Part shown: piece after piece, positions 17,620-25,957 of the stretch
Numbering within the stretch: the first letter of the stretch is position 1
Layout of the letters: every line of letters starts with the position of its first letter
NCBI GenBank assembly: GCA_964442525.1
Contig: CAYTZO010000003.1
Location: 4,721 to 65,157 of the forward strand
From: an uncultured Gammaproteobacteria bacterium
Lineage (GTDB): Bacteria > Patescibacteriota > Microgenomatia > UBA10105 > UBA927
Direction: 5' to 3'
Length of the DNA: 60,437 nucleotides
Made by a program: the position numbers and the translations under genes
The notes under the pieces: generated by a model
The model's input: the letters and a program-made list of their open reading frames with translations, nothing else
Database searches by the model: none
Told to the model about the DNA's origin: nothing

Positions 17620-18435
17620 GTGTTTTACCATCTTGCCCTTGTTGGACTCATCAGTATCGGTTTTTTGCTGCTGCCCATGAAGGTATGGGGCGCGGCGCTT
17701 ATCAATGAATTTAGTCCCCAAACAAATCCGGAGTGGGTAGAATTATACAATCCCGACCAACAAGAGTTTTCCTTAAAGGATGTTATCTTGTATTTCGACG
17801 GAAGTAATCTGTCGCAGAAGGTGTCTTTTTGTGATAACGACCGGATCGCAGCCAATTCATACAAACGCATCACCCGGCCGGTGAATTCCTATTGGCTGTC
17901 CAATAGCGGTGACACGCTAAAACTTCAAAAAGAAGATGATGTTCTCGATACAGTCTCCTATGGGAATGAGCTATTAAAAGCACCCACAGGATCCCAGTCG
18001 GCGACCAGAAGTCCCGACGGCAGTACCAATTGGACTTTTAGTGATCCCCCAACGCCACAAGGAGATGAGGCAAACTTTGTTTGTCCAACACCCACGCCAA
18101 CCGCCTTACCGACTCCCTCTCCGACAGATACGCCCGCCCCTACGCCGACGTTTACTCCGGCTCCTACGCCCACCCCGACTCCAAGTCAGATAAAACTTTC
18201 CAATACGCCGACGCCCACGCGGCTCCCACCAACGTTGGCCTTAGCAACCATTGCCGGAGAAGTTTTAAGTACCGAAGCAGCCGTAATGCCTTCTCCGATT
18301 GTTCTATCTGAGGGTGCAGGAAACCCGCGTCCGCTTATCATAGGACTGTTGATAAGTGGATTGGGACTGGCGCTTCTCTCAGTTGCATTTGTATTAAAGA
18401 AAGTACGCGAGACAAAGAAAAACTCTGGTCTCTAG
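17620..18435 (+). CDS. lamin-tail-domain (LTD) surface protein with a Pro/Thr-rich stalk and a C-terminal TM anchor
   Basis: LINEFSPQTNPEWVELYNP ... LSNSGDTLKL ... DTVSYG matches the LTD pattern. Followed by a PT-rich linker, then LIIGLLISGLGLALLSVAFVL plus KKVRETKK. GTG start; the exact start is uncertain. Confidence 0.7.
   Translation: MFYHLALVGLISIGFLLLPMKVWGAALINEFSPQTNPEWVELYNPDQQEFSLKDVILYFDGSNLSQKVSFCDNDRIAANSYKRITRPVNSYWLSNSGDTLKLQKEDDVLDTVSYGNELLKAPTGSQSATRSPDGSTNWTFSDPPTPQGDEANFVCPTPTPTALPTPSPTDTPAPTPTFTPAPTPTPTPSQIKLSNTPTPTRLPPTLALATIAGEVLSTEAAVMPSPIVLSEGAGNPRPLIIGLLISGLGLALLSVAFVLKKVRETKKNSGL
18082..18234 (+). repeat. low-complexity coding repeat (Pro-Thr-rich, PTPTP-type) inside the LTD protein
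   Basis: CPTPTPTALPTPSPTDTPAPTPTFTPAPTPTPTPSQIKLSNTPTPTRLPPT, encoded by reiterated ACNCCN codon pairs. Confidence 0.7.
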
Positions 18436-18460
18436 GCTTTACTTTGCATATAATGGCGCC

Positions 18461-18889
18461 ATGGATACGAAAATTATTACCCGGAGCGCTGAAGAGACAG
18501 TTGAATGGGGGAAAAAGTTCGCCAAGGAACTCAAACCGACAGTGGTGTGTCTTTACGGAGAATTGGGGAGCGGAAAAACAACATTTACCCAAGGGTTTGC
18601 CAAGGGGCTCGGGATATCCTCTCGCCTGCTCTCTCCGACGTTTATTATTGTGCGACGTTATGGGATAAAGCCCCTTCCTGGTTTTTTGTACCACGTCGAC
18701 CTTTATCGGTTGCAGAAAAAAGAGGATTTGGAGGGATTGGGTTTGCCCGAGATGTTTGCTGACAGGTCTTCCTATGCAGTTATCGAATGGGCTGAAAAAC
18801 TTGGCGATTTTTTGCCAAAATCCAGGGTTGATATCCATTTCGCTCTCGAAAAAAACGGTTCTCATTCCCTAAAGGTAAGGCATGTCTGA
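18461..18889 (+). CDS. tsaE: tRNA t6A37 biosynthesis ATPase TsaE
   Basis: LYGELGSGKTTFTQG Walker A, SPTF, HVDLYRL, IEWAEKL. Confidence 0.85.
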   Translation: MDTKIITRSAEETVEWGKKFAKELKPTVVCLYGELGSGKTTFTQGFAKGLGISSRLLSPTFIIVRRYGIKPLPGFLYHVDLYRLQKKEDLEGLGLPEMFADRSSYAVIEWAEKLGDFLPKSRVDIHFALEKNGSHSLKVRHV

Positions 18890-19463
18890 TACAAATGTTA
18901 ACAAAGCGATCCGGGTGCTAAGGGACGGGGGGATTGTTATTTTCCCAACAGATACGGCCTTTGGCATAGGGTGCCGTATTGATCGTCATGATGCCGTTGA
19001 TCGGTTATTTTCCATCCGGCGAAGATCCATCAGTCAGGCAATGCCTGTTTTGGTGTCTTCCATGGCCATGGCACTCGCCTACCTCAATACCCCGTCAGAT
19101 ATTGTGCGACGTTTAATGAAAGAATATTGGCCCGGTGCCTTGACGATCGTGGCTCCCTGCAGAGAGAATTTGGTGTACTCCCCCATCCGGGGTGTTACCA
19201 AAAATGTTGGAGTGAGGATGCCTGACCACGAAACGACATTATCGCTTATTCGGGGAGTCGGCGTTCCAATTTTAGGACCATCTGCCAATTTCCACGGACT
19301 GCCTACCCCCTTTCGGTATGAGGATCTTGATAAAAATCTTATTGCGCGTGTGGATTATGTTGTTACGGGGATCTCTAAAGCGGGAAATGTGTCTACCGTT
19401 GTTGATGCCTCCGTGACGCCCATAAGAATTATTCGGCAGGGAGCAGTATGGTTATCTTTATGA
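18882..19463 (+). CDS. tsaC: L-threonylcarbamoyladenylate synthase, YrdC-only form (TsaC)
   Basis: GGIVIFPTDTAFGIGC, ..SIRRRS..AMPVLV.., ..GPSANFHG. 193 aa with no Sua5 C-terminal domain. 8-nt overlap with tsaE. Confidence 0.85.
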   Translation: MSDTNVNKAIRVLRDGGIVIFPTDTAFGIGCRIDRHDAVDRLFSIRRRSISQAMPVLVSSMAMALAYLNTPSDIVRRLMKEYWPGALTIVAPCRENLVYSPIRGVTKNVGVRMPDHETTLSLIRGVGVPILGPSANFHGLPTPFRYEDLDKNLIARVDYVVTGISKAGNVSTVVDASVTPIRIIRQGAVWLSL

Positions 19464-19792
19464 AAAAAGGCAGCATCATCCTTTCTATTGATACAACGCG
19501 GCAAAATGAGATTTTTGTAGCGATAGTGAAAAACGGCCGCCGCCTAGAGCGGCGATCGTCCTCCGCAACTGCTCAAGCGCAAAACGTCCTGCCTCTTATT
19601 GAGAAACTCCTCGCGGAATCTGATGCAGGTCCTGCCGACATTGGGGAAATTCATGTCAATCCCGGACCGGGGTCCTTCACGGGAGTTCGCGTCGGAGTGG
19701 CGGTGGCAAACACACTGGGGAGTCTTCTGTCTGTTCCGATCAATGGCGAAGAGTTCGTTTTACCCATATATTCTCCATCCAAACTTGACTGA
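19460..19792 (+). CDS. tsaB: TsaB-like protein, N-terminal half only (about 110 aa)
   Basis: ILSIDTTRQNEIFVAIV ... IHVNPGPGSFTGVRVGVAVANTLG matches the first ASKHA subdomain of TsaB/YeaZ. The protein stops after about 110 aa. ATGA overlap with tsaC. Confidence 0.6.
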   Translation: MKKGSIILSIDTTRQNEIFVAIVKNGRRLERRSSSATAQAQNVLPLIEKLLAESDAGPADIGEIHVNPGPGSFTGVRVGVAVANTLGSLLSVPINGEEFVLPIYSPSKLD

Positions 19793-19840
19793 AGCGCTCT
19801 CGCTCTAGCATTTTTTCTTACTCCTCTTTATGATGGGTAT

Positions 19841-20740
19841 ATGCCGTCCTTTCTTGTTCATTTCTTTTTGCCGCACGCCAGTAACAACCATAGGCCGAAA
19901 GCGCTGCACATCGATACGCTATTCGTGTACCTTCTTCTTTTCATCGTATTTCAGCTTGCTCTTCCGGTAACAAGTCGTTCGTTTCCCGATGTTTTGGGAT
20001 ATGCAACGGATATAAATGTTGTCCAGCTTTTCGAATATACCAATCAGGGCCGTCAGGCTGCCGGACTCCCGCCTCTTACGCTGAGTGAGGACCTCTCGCG
20101 AGCCGCAACAGAGAAAGCCAAAGACATGTTTGCCAAAAATTACTGGGCGCACGTTGGACCTGACGGAGAAACGCCGTGGGACTTTATCCTGGGCGCCGGT
20201 TATCGCTATACCGTAGCGGGAGAAAATCTGGCAAAAAATTTTTCAACAAGCAGGGGCGTCGTTGATGCCTGGATGGCGTCTGCCTCCCATCGGGAAAATA
20301 TTCTGAAGACGTCGTACCGAGATATAGGATTTGGAGTCGTCAACGGGAGGCTCAACGGTGAGGAAACAACGCTCGTAGTACAGTTTTTTGGCGCCAAGGC
20401 AACGCCGGTTGCAGTTGCACCATCCCCAAAACCGGTACAGGTATCTGAGCGTGCTGCACAGACGCAAGGAATACAGGCGCCTATTCCCATATCAGTACCC
20501 CAACCTGCACCGGCTGCTTACGCTGCAATTTCTCAAAAGCCGTTCATAAACATTCCGTCAGTAGCCCGGGAGACGGTGTATGTCTTTATTGGCGTGATTA
20601 TGGGCATTCTGGCTGTCGATGCCTGGCTCGTTTCGCGGCGGCACATTATTCGGTTGAGTGGACATAATATTGCTCACCTTTTCTTCCTTGCCGCACTTTT
20701 GTTTGCGACGACACTCGTTGGACGAGGGAGATTACTATGA
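19841..20740 (+). CDS. membrane-anchored CAP/SCP (PR-1-like, YkwD-type) domain protein
   Basis: N-terminal TM helix. CAP motifs: L..DLSRAATEKAKDM, YWAHVGPDG, GENLAKN, W..S..HRENIL...Y..IGFGV. Pro/Ala-rich linker and two C-terminal TM helices. Confidence 0.75.
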   Translation: MPSFLVHFFLPHASNNHRPKALHIDTLFVYLLLFIVFQLALPVTSRSFPDVLGYATDINVVQLFEYTNQGRQAAGLPPLTLSEDLSRAATEKAKDMFAKNYWAHVGPDGETPWDFILGAGYRYTVAGENLAKNFSTSRGVVDAWMASASHRENILKTSYRDIGFGVVNGRLNGEETTLVVQFFGAKATPVAVAPSPKPVQVSERAAQTQGIQAPIPISVPQPAPAAYAAISQKPFINIPSVARETVYVFIGVIMGILAVDAWLVSRRHIIRLSGHNIAHLFFLAALLFATTLVGRGRLL

Positions 20741-20982
20741 GAATTCAGACTTTCCATTTTCTCGTTCTTATCATAATTTTGAGTACGGGGCTGACACTGC
20801 TTTATCTCACGCGTGGTAATCCAACGCTCCAATTTACCATCGGAGTGACAACATCTGTTGCCTATGTTTTTTGGGGTATCATCCATCATGCACTCAATGG
20901 CGACCTGCATGCAAAGATTGTGATAGAATATATCCTCATTGGAGGCATTGCTATAGCGCTCTTGCGCATCATGGTACTGTAA
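20737..20982 (+). CDS. small hydrophobic protein (81 aa, about 3 TM helices)
   Basis: ATGA overlap with the CAP gene stop. No recognisable domain. Confidence 0.4.
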   Translation: MRIQTFHFLVLIIILSTGLTLLYLTRGNPTLQFTIGVTTSVAYVFWGIIHHALNGDLHAKIVIEYILIGGIAIALLRIMVL

Positions 20983-20987
20983 CATAT

Positions 20988-21737
20988 ATGAAAGGCGTTA
21001 TTTTAGCTGGAGGACTTGCAACGCGGCTCCGCCCCCTTACCCTGGTAACAAATAAACACCTTCTCCCTATTTATAATAAGCCGATGATTTTTTATCCGTT
21101 AGAGGCCATGAAAAAGGCGGGCATTAAAGAAGTGCTTTTGACAACTACGGGAGAACATGCGGGTGATTTTGCTAATTTGCTTCTCTCGGGCGAAGCCTTT
21201 GACTTGCGGCTCTATTACGCTGTTCAGAAGAATCCTACGGGAGGCATAGCGGAGGCGCTTTCGCTGGCGGAAGAGTTTGCCAGAAACGAGCCCATTCTCG
21301 TCATTTTAGGCGATAACATATTTAATTTTGACCTTAAAAGGTCGCTGTCGAAATTTGAGGAAAAAAGAAGCACCACAGGGAAAGCGGCGATGGTATTTGG
21401 AGTACACCTTGAAACGCTTGCCAGGCAATATGGTGTTATTGAAGTCGGCAAGAGCGGGACAGTCCTCTCTATTGAAGAGAAACCTGAGCATCCAAAAAGC
21501 GACGTAGCACAGACGGGAGTATATCTTTACGACCAACGGGCATTTGATTTTATCCGTACGCTTGCCCCGTCTGCCCGAGGTCAGCTGGAAATTACGGATT
21601 TAAACAATAAGTATCTTAAAGAAGGTTCGCTCATGTGCGAGATCATCGACTGGTGGGTTGACGCGGGCACCTCGCATGACGAACTTCTGCGTGCCAATAC
21701 ACAAGTAGCCAATCTCGTGAGCGAAGGAAAGCTCTAA
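20988..21737 (+). CDS. rmlA: glucose-1-phosphate thymidylyltransferase-like sugar nucleotidyltransferase (short form)
   Basis: MKGVILAGGLATRLRPLT..NKHLLPIYNKPMI..; ..ILGDNIF.. Track ORF 20871 is an upstream extension that overlaps the previous gene. Confidence 0.8.
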   Translation: MKGVILAGGLATRLRPLTLVTNKHLLPIYNKPMIFYPLEAMKKAGIKEVLLTTTGEHAGDFANLLLSGEAFDLRLYYAVQKNPTGGIAEALSLAEEFARNEPILVILGDNIFNFDLKRSLSKFEEKRSTTGKAAMVFGVHLETLARQYGVIEVGKSGTVLSIEEKPEHPKSDVAQTGVYLYDQRAFDFIRTLAPSARGQLEITDLNNKYLKEGSLMCEIIDWWVDAGTSHDELLRANTQVANLVSEGKL

Positions 21738-21749
21738 ACATCCATATAT

Positions 21750-22766
21750 ATGAGACTCCTCGTCACCGGCGGAGCTGGGTTTATCGGCTCTAATTTTATT
21801 TTGTATTGGATGAAGCATCATCCACTGGACGAGATCGTCAATCTCGACAGTCTGACGTACGCGGGGAATCTGGAAAACCTCGTTTCCGCAGAAGAAAATC
21901 CTCACTACCGCTTTATCAAAGGAGATATTACCAATGCCGAGTCCGTTGAGAAGGCCATGGAAGACATTGATATCGTGGTTCATTTTGCCGCAGAAAGCCA
22001 CGTAGACCGATCAATTCTTTCACCCTCTCCTTTTATAACAACAAACGTTGTGGGAACACACGTCCTTCTTGAGCATGCTCTTAAACACAAGGTAAAGCGA
22101 TTCCATCATGTTTCCACCGATGAGGTATATGGAGAGCTTAAACTATCGGATTCGAGTAAATTTAGTGAACGAACACCATATAATCCCAGAAGTCCATATT
22201 CAGCCAGTAAAGCAGCCTCAGACCATTTAGTGCAAGCGTACTCCGCGACATATGGATTGCCCGTAACAATTACCAATTGTTCGAATAATTACGGACCATA
22301 TCAATTTCCGGAAAAATTTATTCCGCTTGCCATCACTAACATCATCGAACATAAAAAAATCCCGATATACGGCGACGGACTCTACGTGCGCGATTGGCTG
22401 TATGTGGAAGATCACTGCCGGGGCATAGAGGCAGCACTCACCAGGGGGAAAGTCGGAGAAACCTACTGTTTTGGCGGACTCACGAAAGACATGAATAATC
22501 TTGCTGTAGTGAAAAAAATTATTACTCTCATGGGTGCGGATGAATCGGCGGTGGAATTTGTGAAAGATCGTCCCGGACATGATCGAAGATATGCGCTGGA
22601 CTGGAGCAAGGCAAAAAACAAGCTTGGGTGGTCGCCGCTTCATGATTTTGACACGTGGCTTGCCCGTACCATTTTGTGGTACAAAGCAAACCAGAAGTGG
22701 TGGCGGGATATAAAGTCAGGAGAATACCAACGCTACTACAAAAAGCAATATGGGGGGAAGGTATGA
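21750..22766 (+). CDS. rmlB: dTDP-glucose 4,6-dehydratase
   Basis: LVTGGAGFIGSNF, HFAAESHVDRS, YSASKAASDHLV, NCSNNYGPYQFPEKFIP. Confidence 0.95.
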   Translation: MRLLVTGGAGFIGSNFILYWMKHHPLDEIVNLDSLTYAGNLENLVSAEENPHYRFIKGDITNAESVEKAMEDIDIVVHFAAESHVDRSILSPSPFITTNVVGTHVLLEHALKHKVKRFHHVSTDEVYGELKLSDSSKFSERTPYNPRSPYSASKAASDHLVQAYSATYGLPVTITNCSNNYGPYQFPEKFIPLAITNIIEHKKIPIYGDGLYVRDWLYVEDHCRGIEAALTRGKVGETYCFGGLTKDMNNLAVVKKIITLMGADESAVEFVKDRPGHDRRYALDWSKAKNKLGWSPLHDFDTWLARTILWYKANQKWWRDIKSGEYQRYYKKQYGGKV

Positions 22767-23644
22767 ATATTTTAGGAACAGGGCTCTCCGGACTTGTCGG
22801 CTCAAGAATAGTAGAACTGTTGGCTGCGCAACATACATTTGAAGACTTAAGCCTTGAAACAGGCGTCGACATTACCGATTACCGGTCCGTCAATAGTCGC
22901 ATTGAATCCTCCAAAGCAGGGTGGGTATTTCATTTTGCGGCATACACCGACGTTCAAGGCGCCGAAAAAGAAAAGTCCTTGGGAAAAGAAAGCCCCGCAT
23001 GGAAAATTAACGTGCTGGCAACGGAAAATATTGCTCAAGCATGCAAAAAGACGGGAAAAAAACTCGTCTACGTTGATACCGATTATGCGTTTGACGGAAA
23101 GAAAAAGGGACAATACACAGAGGAAGATGAACCGCATCCGCTTGGGTGGTATGGGATGACGAAGTTTGAAGGCGCGAAGCGGGTACGTGCGCTGGACAAC
23201 CAATCCGTCATTATAAGGATTGCCAACCCATACCGTGCCCGGCCGGTAGGAAAAAAGGATTTCGTCCACAAAATGCTTGAGCGATTGGAATCGGGTCAAC
23301 CGGTCGTTGGCGCTGTCGACCAGCTCTTTGTGCCTACGTATATTGATGATATTGCCGGAGCTCTCGACGCCCTTATTCGTGTGAATGCCAGCGGACTCTT
23401 TCATGTCGTGGGAAGCAGTAGCCTTTCTCCCTATGAGGCGGCGCGCACGATCGCAAAAGTTTGGGAACTCCCGGACCATCTCATTCGCAAGATAACATTC
23501 AGAGAATTTTTTAAGGATCGTGCGCCGGTTCCACAGTATGCGGCTCTCAGCAATAACAAAATCCGCATGCTCGGCGTACGAATGCGCACGTTTGAAGAGG
23601 GATTGCGCGAGATAAAACGGATAGAATATAATAGACAGGTTTAG
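22763..23644 (+). CDS. rmlD: dTDP-4-dehydrorhamnose reductase-like SDR (RmlD family)
   Basis: ILGTGLSGLVGSRI Rossmann motif, catalytic YGMTK, DQLFVPTYIDD. ATGA overlap with rmlB. Confidence 0.7.
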   Translation: MNILGTGLSGLVGSRIVELLAAQHTFEDLSLETGVDITDYRSVNSRIESSKAGWVFHFAAYTDVQGAEKEKSLGKESPAWKINVLATENIAQACKKTGKKLVYVDTDYAFDGKKKGQYTEEDEPHPLGWYGMTKFEGAKRVRALDNQSVIIRIANPYRARPVGKKDFVHKMLERLESGQPVVGAVDQLFVPTYIDDIAGALDALIRVNASGLFHVVGSSSLSPYEAARTIAKVWELPDHLIRKITFREFFKDRAPVPQYAALSNNKIRMLGVRMRTFEEGLREIKRIEYNRQV

Positions 23645-23674
23645 GACGCGGAGAAGCGCGTCCGTGATTTTTTT
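23645..23674 (+). terminator. rho-independent terminator candidate
   Basis: GACGCG-gagaag-CGCGTC hairpin, followed 5 nt later by a T7 run, directly after the rmlD-like stop. Confidence 0.5.
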
Positions 23675-23683
23675 GGGAGTCAT

Positions 23684-24982
23684 ATGACGATTGCCTGCAT
23701 CGGCCATGGATATGTCGGTTTAGTGACCGCAACGGTAATGGCGGACCTGGGAAACGCGGTTTGGGTTGTGGGAAGAACAAAGGAGAAAATTGAGAAACTA
23801 AAAAGGGGGATTACGCCATTTTATGAGCCGGGACTCTCTGAGCTCGTTGGACGGAATCTCCGCGCGGGCAGACTGCATTTTACTCTCGACTATCAGGAGG
23901 CGGTATCAAAAGCGGATGTTGTCATTATCTGCGTTGGTACACCCGCGAAGTTGACCGGTGAGGCGGACTTATCGAGTATTTTTCAGGCTGCGGAGTCTAT
24001 CGGCAGGGCTCTCGTCGGGTATAAAGTTATCGTGACAAAGAGCACGGTTCCTCCAGGCACAAACCGCAAAGTGAGCGACATGATAGAAAAAGTGAAACCG
24101 GCAGGCGCATCGTTTGCCATTGCCTCCGTTCCTGAGTTTTTGCGTGAAGGGTCTGCAATAGACGACACGCTTCACCCCGATCGCGTTGTGATAGGAACTT
24201 CTTCTGACCGGGCCCGGTCAATCCTTTTGGAGCTCCACAAGCCCATTGACGGCAAGACGGTCCTTTGTAATGTCGAAACGGCAGAACTTATCAAATATGC
24301 CTCAAATGCCATGCTCTCGACAAAAATTTCATTTGCCAATGCGATCGCCTTTTTATCGGAGAAAGTCGGGGCAGACGTAGAAAAAGTTCTTGAAGGCGTT
24401 GGTTTGGACAAACGAATCGGCAGGAGCTTTCTTTATCCGGGAGTTGGCTACGGAGGAAGCTGTTTTCCCAAGGATGTCAAGGCGCTTATGGCGCTTGCGA
24501 AAGAGCACGGATACGAGTTTGGACTTCTCAAGGCAGTTGATGAGGTAAACCGGCAGGCACAGGAACACTTTGTAGACAAAATAATCCGCCATTTCCACGG
24601 AAATCTCAAAGGCAAGGCGATTGCCATATTGGGTCTTTCATTTAAACCCAACACCGATGACATGCGGGACGCGCCCTCGATTTCCATCATAACCCAGCTT
24701 ATAAAACACGGTGCAAAAATTACCGTATATGATCCGGTCGCCATGCCTAACGCGAAAGCCTTACTGCCGCCATCCGTTCGGTATGCGAAGGACGCGTACC
24801 AGGCAGTGAAGAATGCGGACGCCATTGCGGTCGTGACCGAATGGAATGAGTTCCGTCAGCTCGATCTTTTGCGTCTGGCAAAAGGAGCAAAGGGTTCGGT
24901 GCTCTTTGACGGGAGAAATATTTACGAACCTGCCCGTGTTAAAGAGCTCGGTTTAATGTATTATGGTGTAGGGAGAATGTAA
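23684..24982 (+). CDS. ugd: UDP-glucose 6-dehydrogenase
   Basis: IACIGHGYVGLVTA, catalytic GYGGSCFPKD, C-terminal UDP-binding domain. GGGAG SD upstream. Confidence 0.92.
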   Translation: MTIACIGHGYVGLVTATVMADLGNAVWVVGRTKEKIEKLKRGITPFYEPGLSELVGRNLRAGRLHFTLDYQEAVSKADVVIICVGTPAKLTGEADLSSIFQAAESIGRALVGYKVIVTKSTVPPGTNRKVSDMIEKVKPAGASFAIASVPEFLREGSAIDDTLHPDRVVIGTSSDRARSILLELHKPIDGKTVLCNVETAELIKYASNAMLSTKISFANAIAFLSEKVGADVEKVLEGVGLDKRIGRSFLYPGVGYGGSCFPKDVKALMALAKEHGYEFGLLKAVDEVNRQAQEHFVDKIIRHFHGNLKGKAIAILGLSFKPNTDDMRDAPSISIITQLIKHGAKITVYDPVAMPNAKALLPPSVRYAKDAYQAVKNADAIAVVTEWNEFRQLDLLRLAKGAKGSVLFDGRNIYEPARVKELGLMYYGVGRM

Positions 24983-24992
24983 AAGGAGGAAT

Positions 24993-25949
24993 ATGGCAAA
25001 GAGAGTGCTTATAACAGGCATTGCAGGTTTTGCGGGAAGTCATCTTGCAGAACTCCTTTTGAAAAAGGGATATGAGGTGTATGGTTTGAGTCGGCCTCGG
25101 ACAAAAAAGGATCATATCGAACGGATCATTACTAAACTTCACTTAGAAGATGCTGATCTTCTTGATTCTCATAGTCTCTATTCGACCATTTCGCGTATTA
25201 AACCGGACTATATTTTTCATCTGGCCGCACAATCATTTGTGCCCACCTCATGGGGTTCGCCTTCTGTCACTCTTGAGGTCAACGTCGTCGGAAGCGCAAA
25301 CCTGTTTGAAGCGGTCCGTCAGGTGGGGATCGATCCGGTAATCCAGATTGCCTGTTCTTCCGAGGAATATGGGTTAGTGAAGCCCGATGAGATACCGATT
25401 AAAGAAACGAATCCTCTGCGACCTCTCTCTCCGTATGCGGTGTCGAAAGTCGCCATGGACTATTTGGGATATCAGTATTTTCAGTCCTACAAAATGAGAA
25501 TCGTGAGAACGCGCGGATTTAATCATACGGGCCCGCGGCGGGGAGAAACGTTTGCCGAGTCCAACTTTGCCAAGCAGATCGCGCTCATTGAGAAAGGGAG
25601 GCAGGAGCCGGTTGTTTTTGTCGGTAACCTGGATTCAAGCCGCGATTATACCGATGTTCGGGACATGGTGAATGCATACCTTCTCGCCGTGCAGAAGTGC
25701 GATCCCGGTGACGTCTATAACATCTGTACGGGCACGTCGGTCAAGATTGGCGACATGCTGAGTCTTCTCCTTTCTTTTAGTAAAGTGAAGCCAAAGATTA
25801 AAAAGGATCCGCTTCGTATGCGGCCGTCGGACGTCCCGGTACTTACCGGCGACAGCAGCAAGTTCAGAGCAAAAACGGGATGGAAGCCGCAGATTCCTTT
25901 CGAGAAGACAATGGAGGAACTTCTGAACTACTGGCGGGAAAGGGTATAA
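24993..25949 (+). CDS. GDP-mannose 4,6-dehydratase-family SDR (GMD/Rmd-like)
   Basis: VLITGIAGFAGSHLAELLL, YAVSKVAMDYL, FNHTGPRRGETF and GNLDSSRDYTDVRD resemble GMD signatures. Strong AAGGAGG SD at 24983-24989. Confidence 0.7.
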   Translation: MAKRVLITGIAGFAGSHLAELLLKKGYEVYGLSRPRTKKDHIERIITKLHLEDADLLDSHSLYSTISRIKPDYIFHLAAQSFVPTSWGSPSVTLEVNVVGSANLFEAVRQVGIDPVIQIACSSEEYGLVKPDEIPIKETNPLRPLSPYAVSKVAMDYLGYQYFQSYKMRIVRTRGFNHTGPRRGETFAESNFAKQIALIEKGRQEPVVFVGNLDSSRDYTDVRDMVNAYLLAVQKCDPGDVYNICTGTSVKIGDMLSLLLSFSKVKPKIKKDPLRMRPSDVPVLTGDSSKFRAKTGWKPQIPFEKTMEELLNYWRERV

Positions 25950-25957
25950 ATCCCTCT

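Noticed and set aside
18082-18234. Reiterated ACNCCN sequence, considered as a possible tandem DNA repeat or CRISPR-like array
   Set aside because: It is in frame within the LTD protein and encodes a Pro/Thr linker. There are no regularly spaced identical repeats and no spacers.
18338-18865. 175-aa minus-strand ORF opposite tsaE
   Set aside because: tsaE on the plus strand has an unambiguous Walker A and family motifs. The antisense product has none.
22847-23707. 286-aa ORF on the minus strand, opposite the rmlD-like gene
   Set aside because: The plus-strand product has a clear Rossmann motif, a YxxxK catalytic motif and operon coupling (ATGA overlap with rmlB). The antisense translation is low-complexity with no recognisable motif. 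It is a typical shadow ORF.
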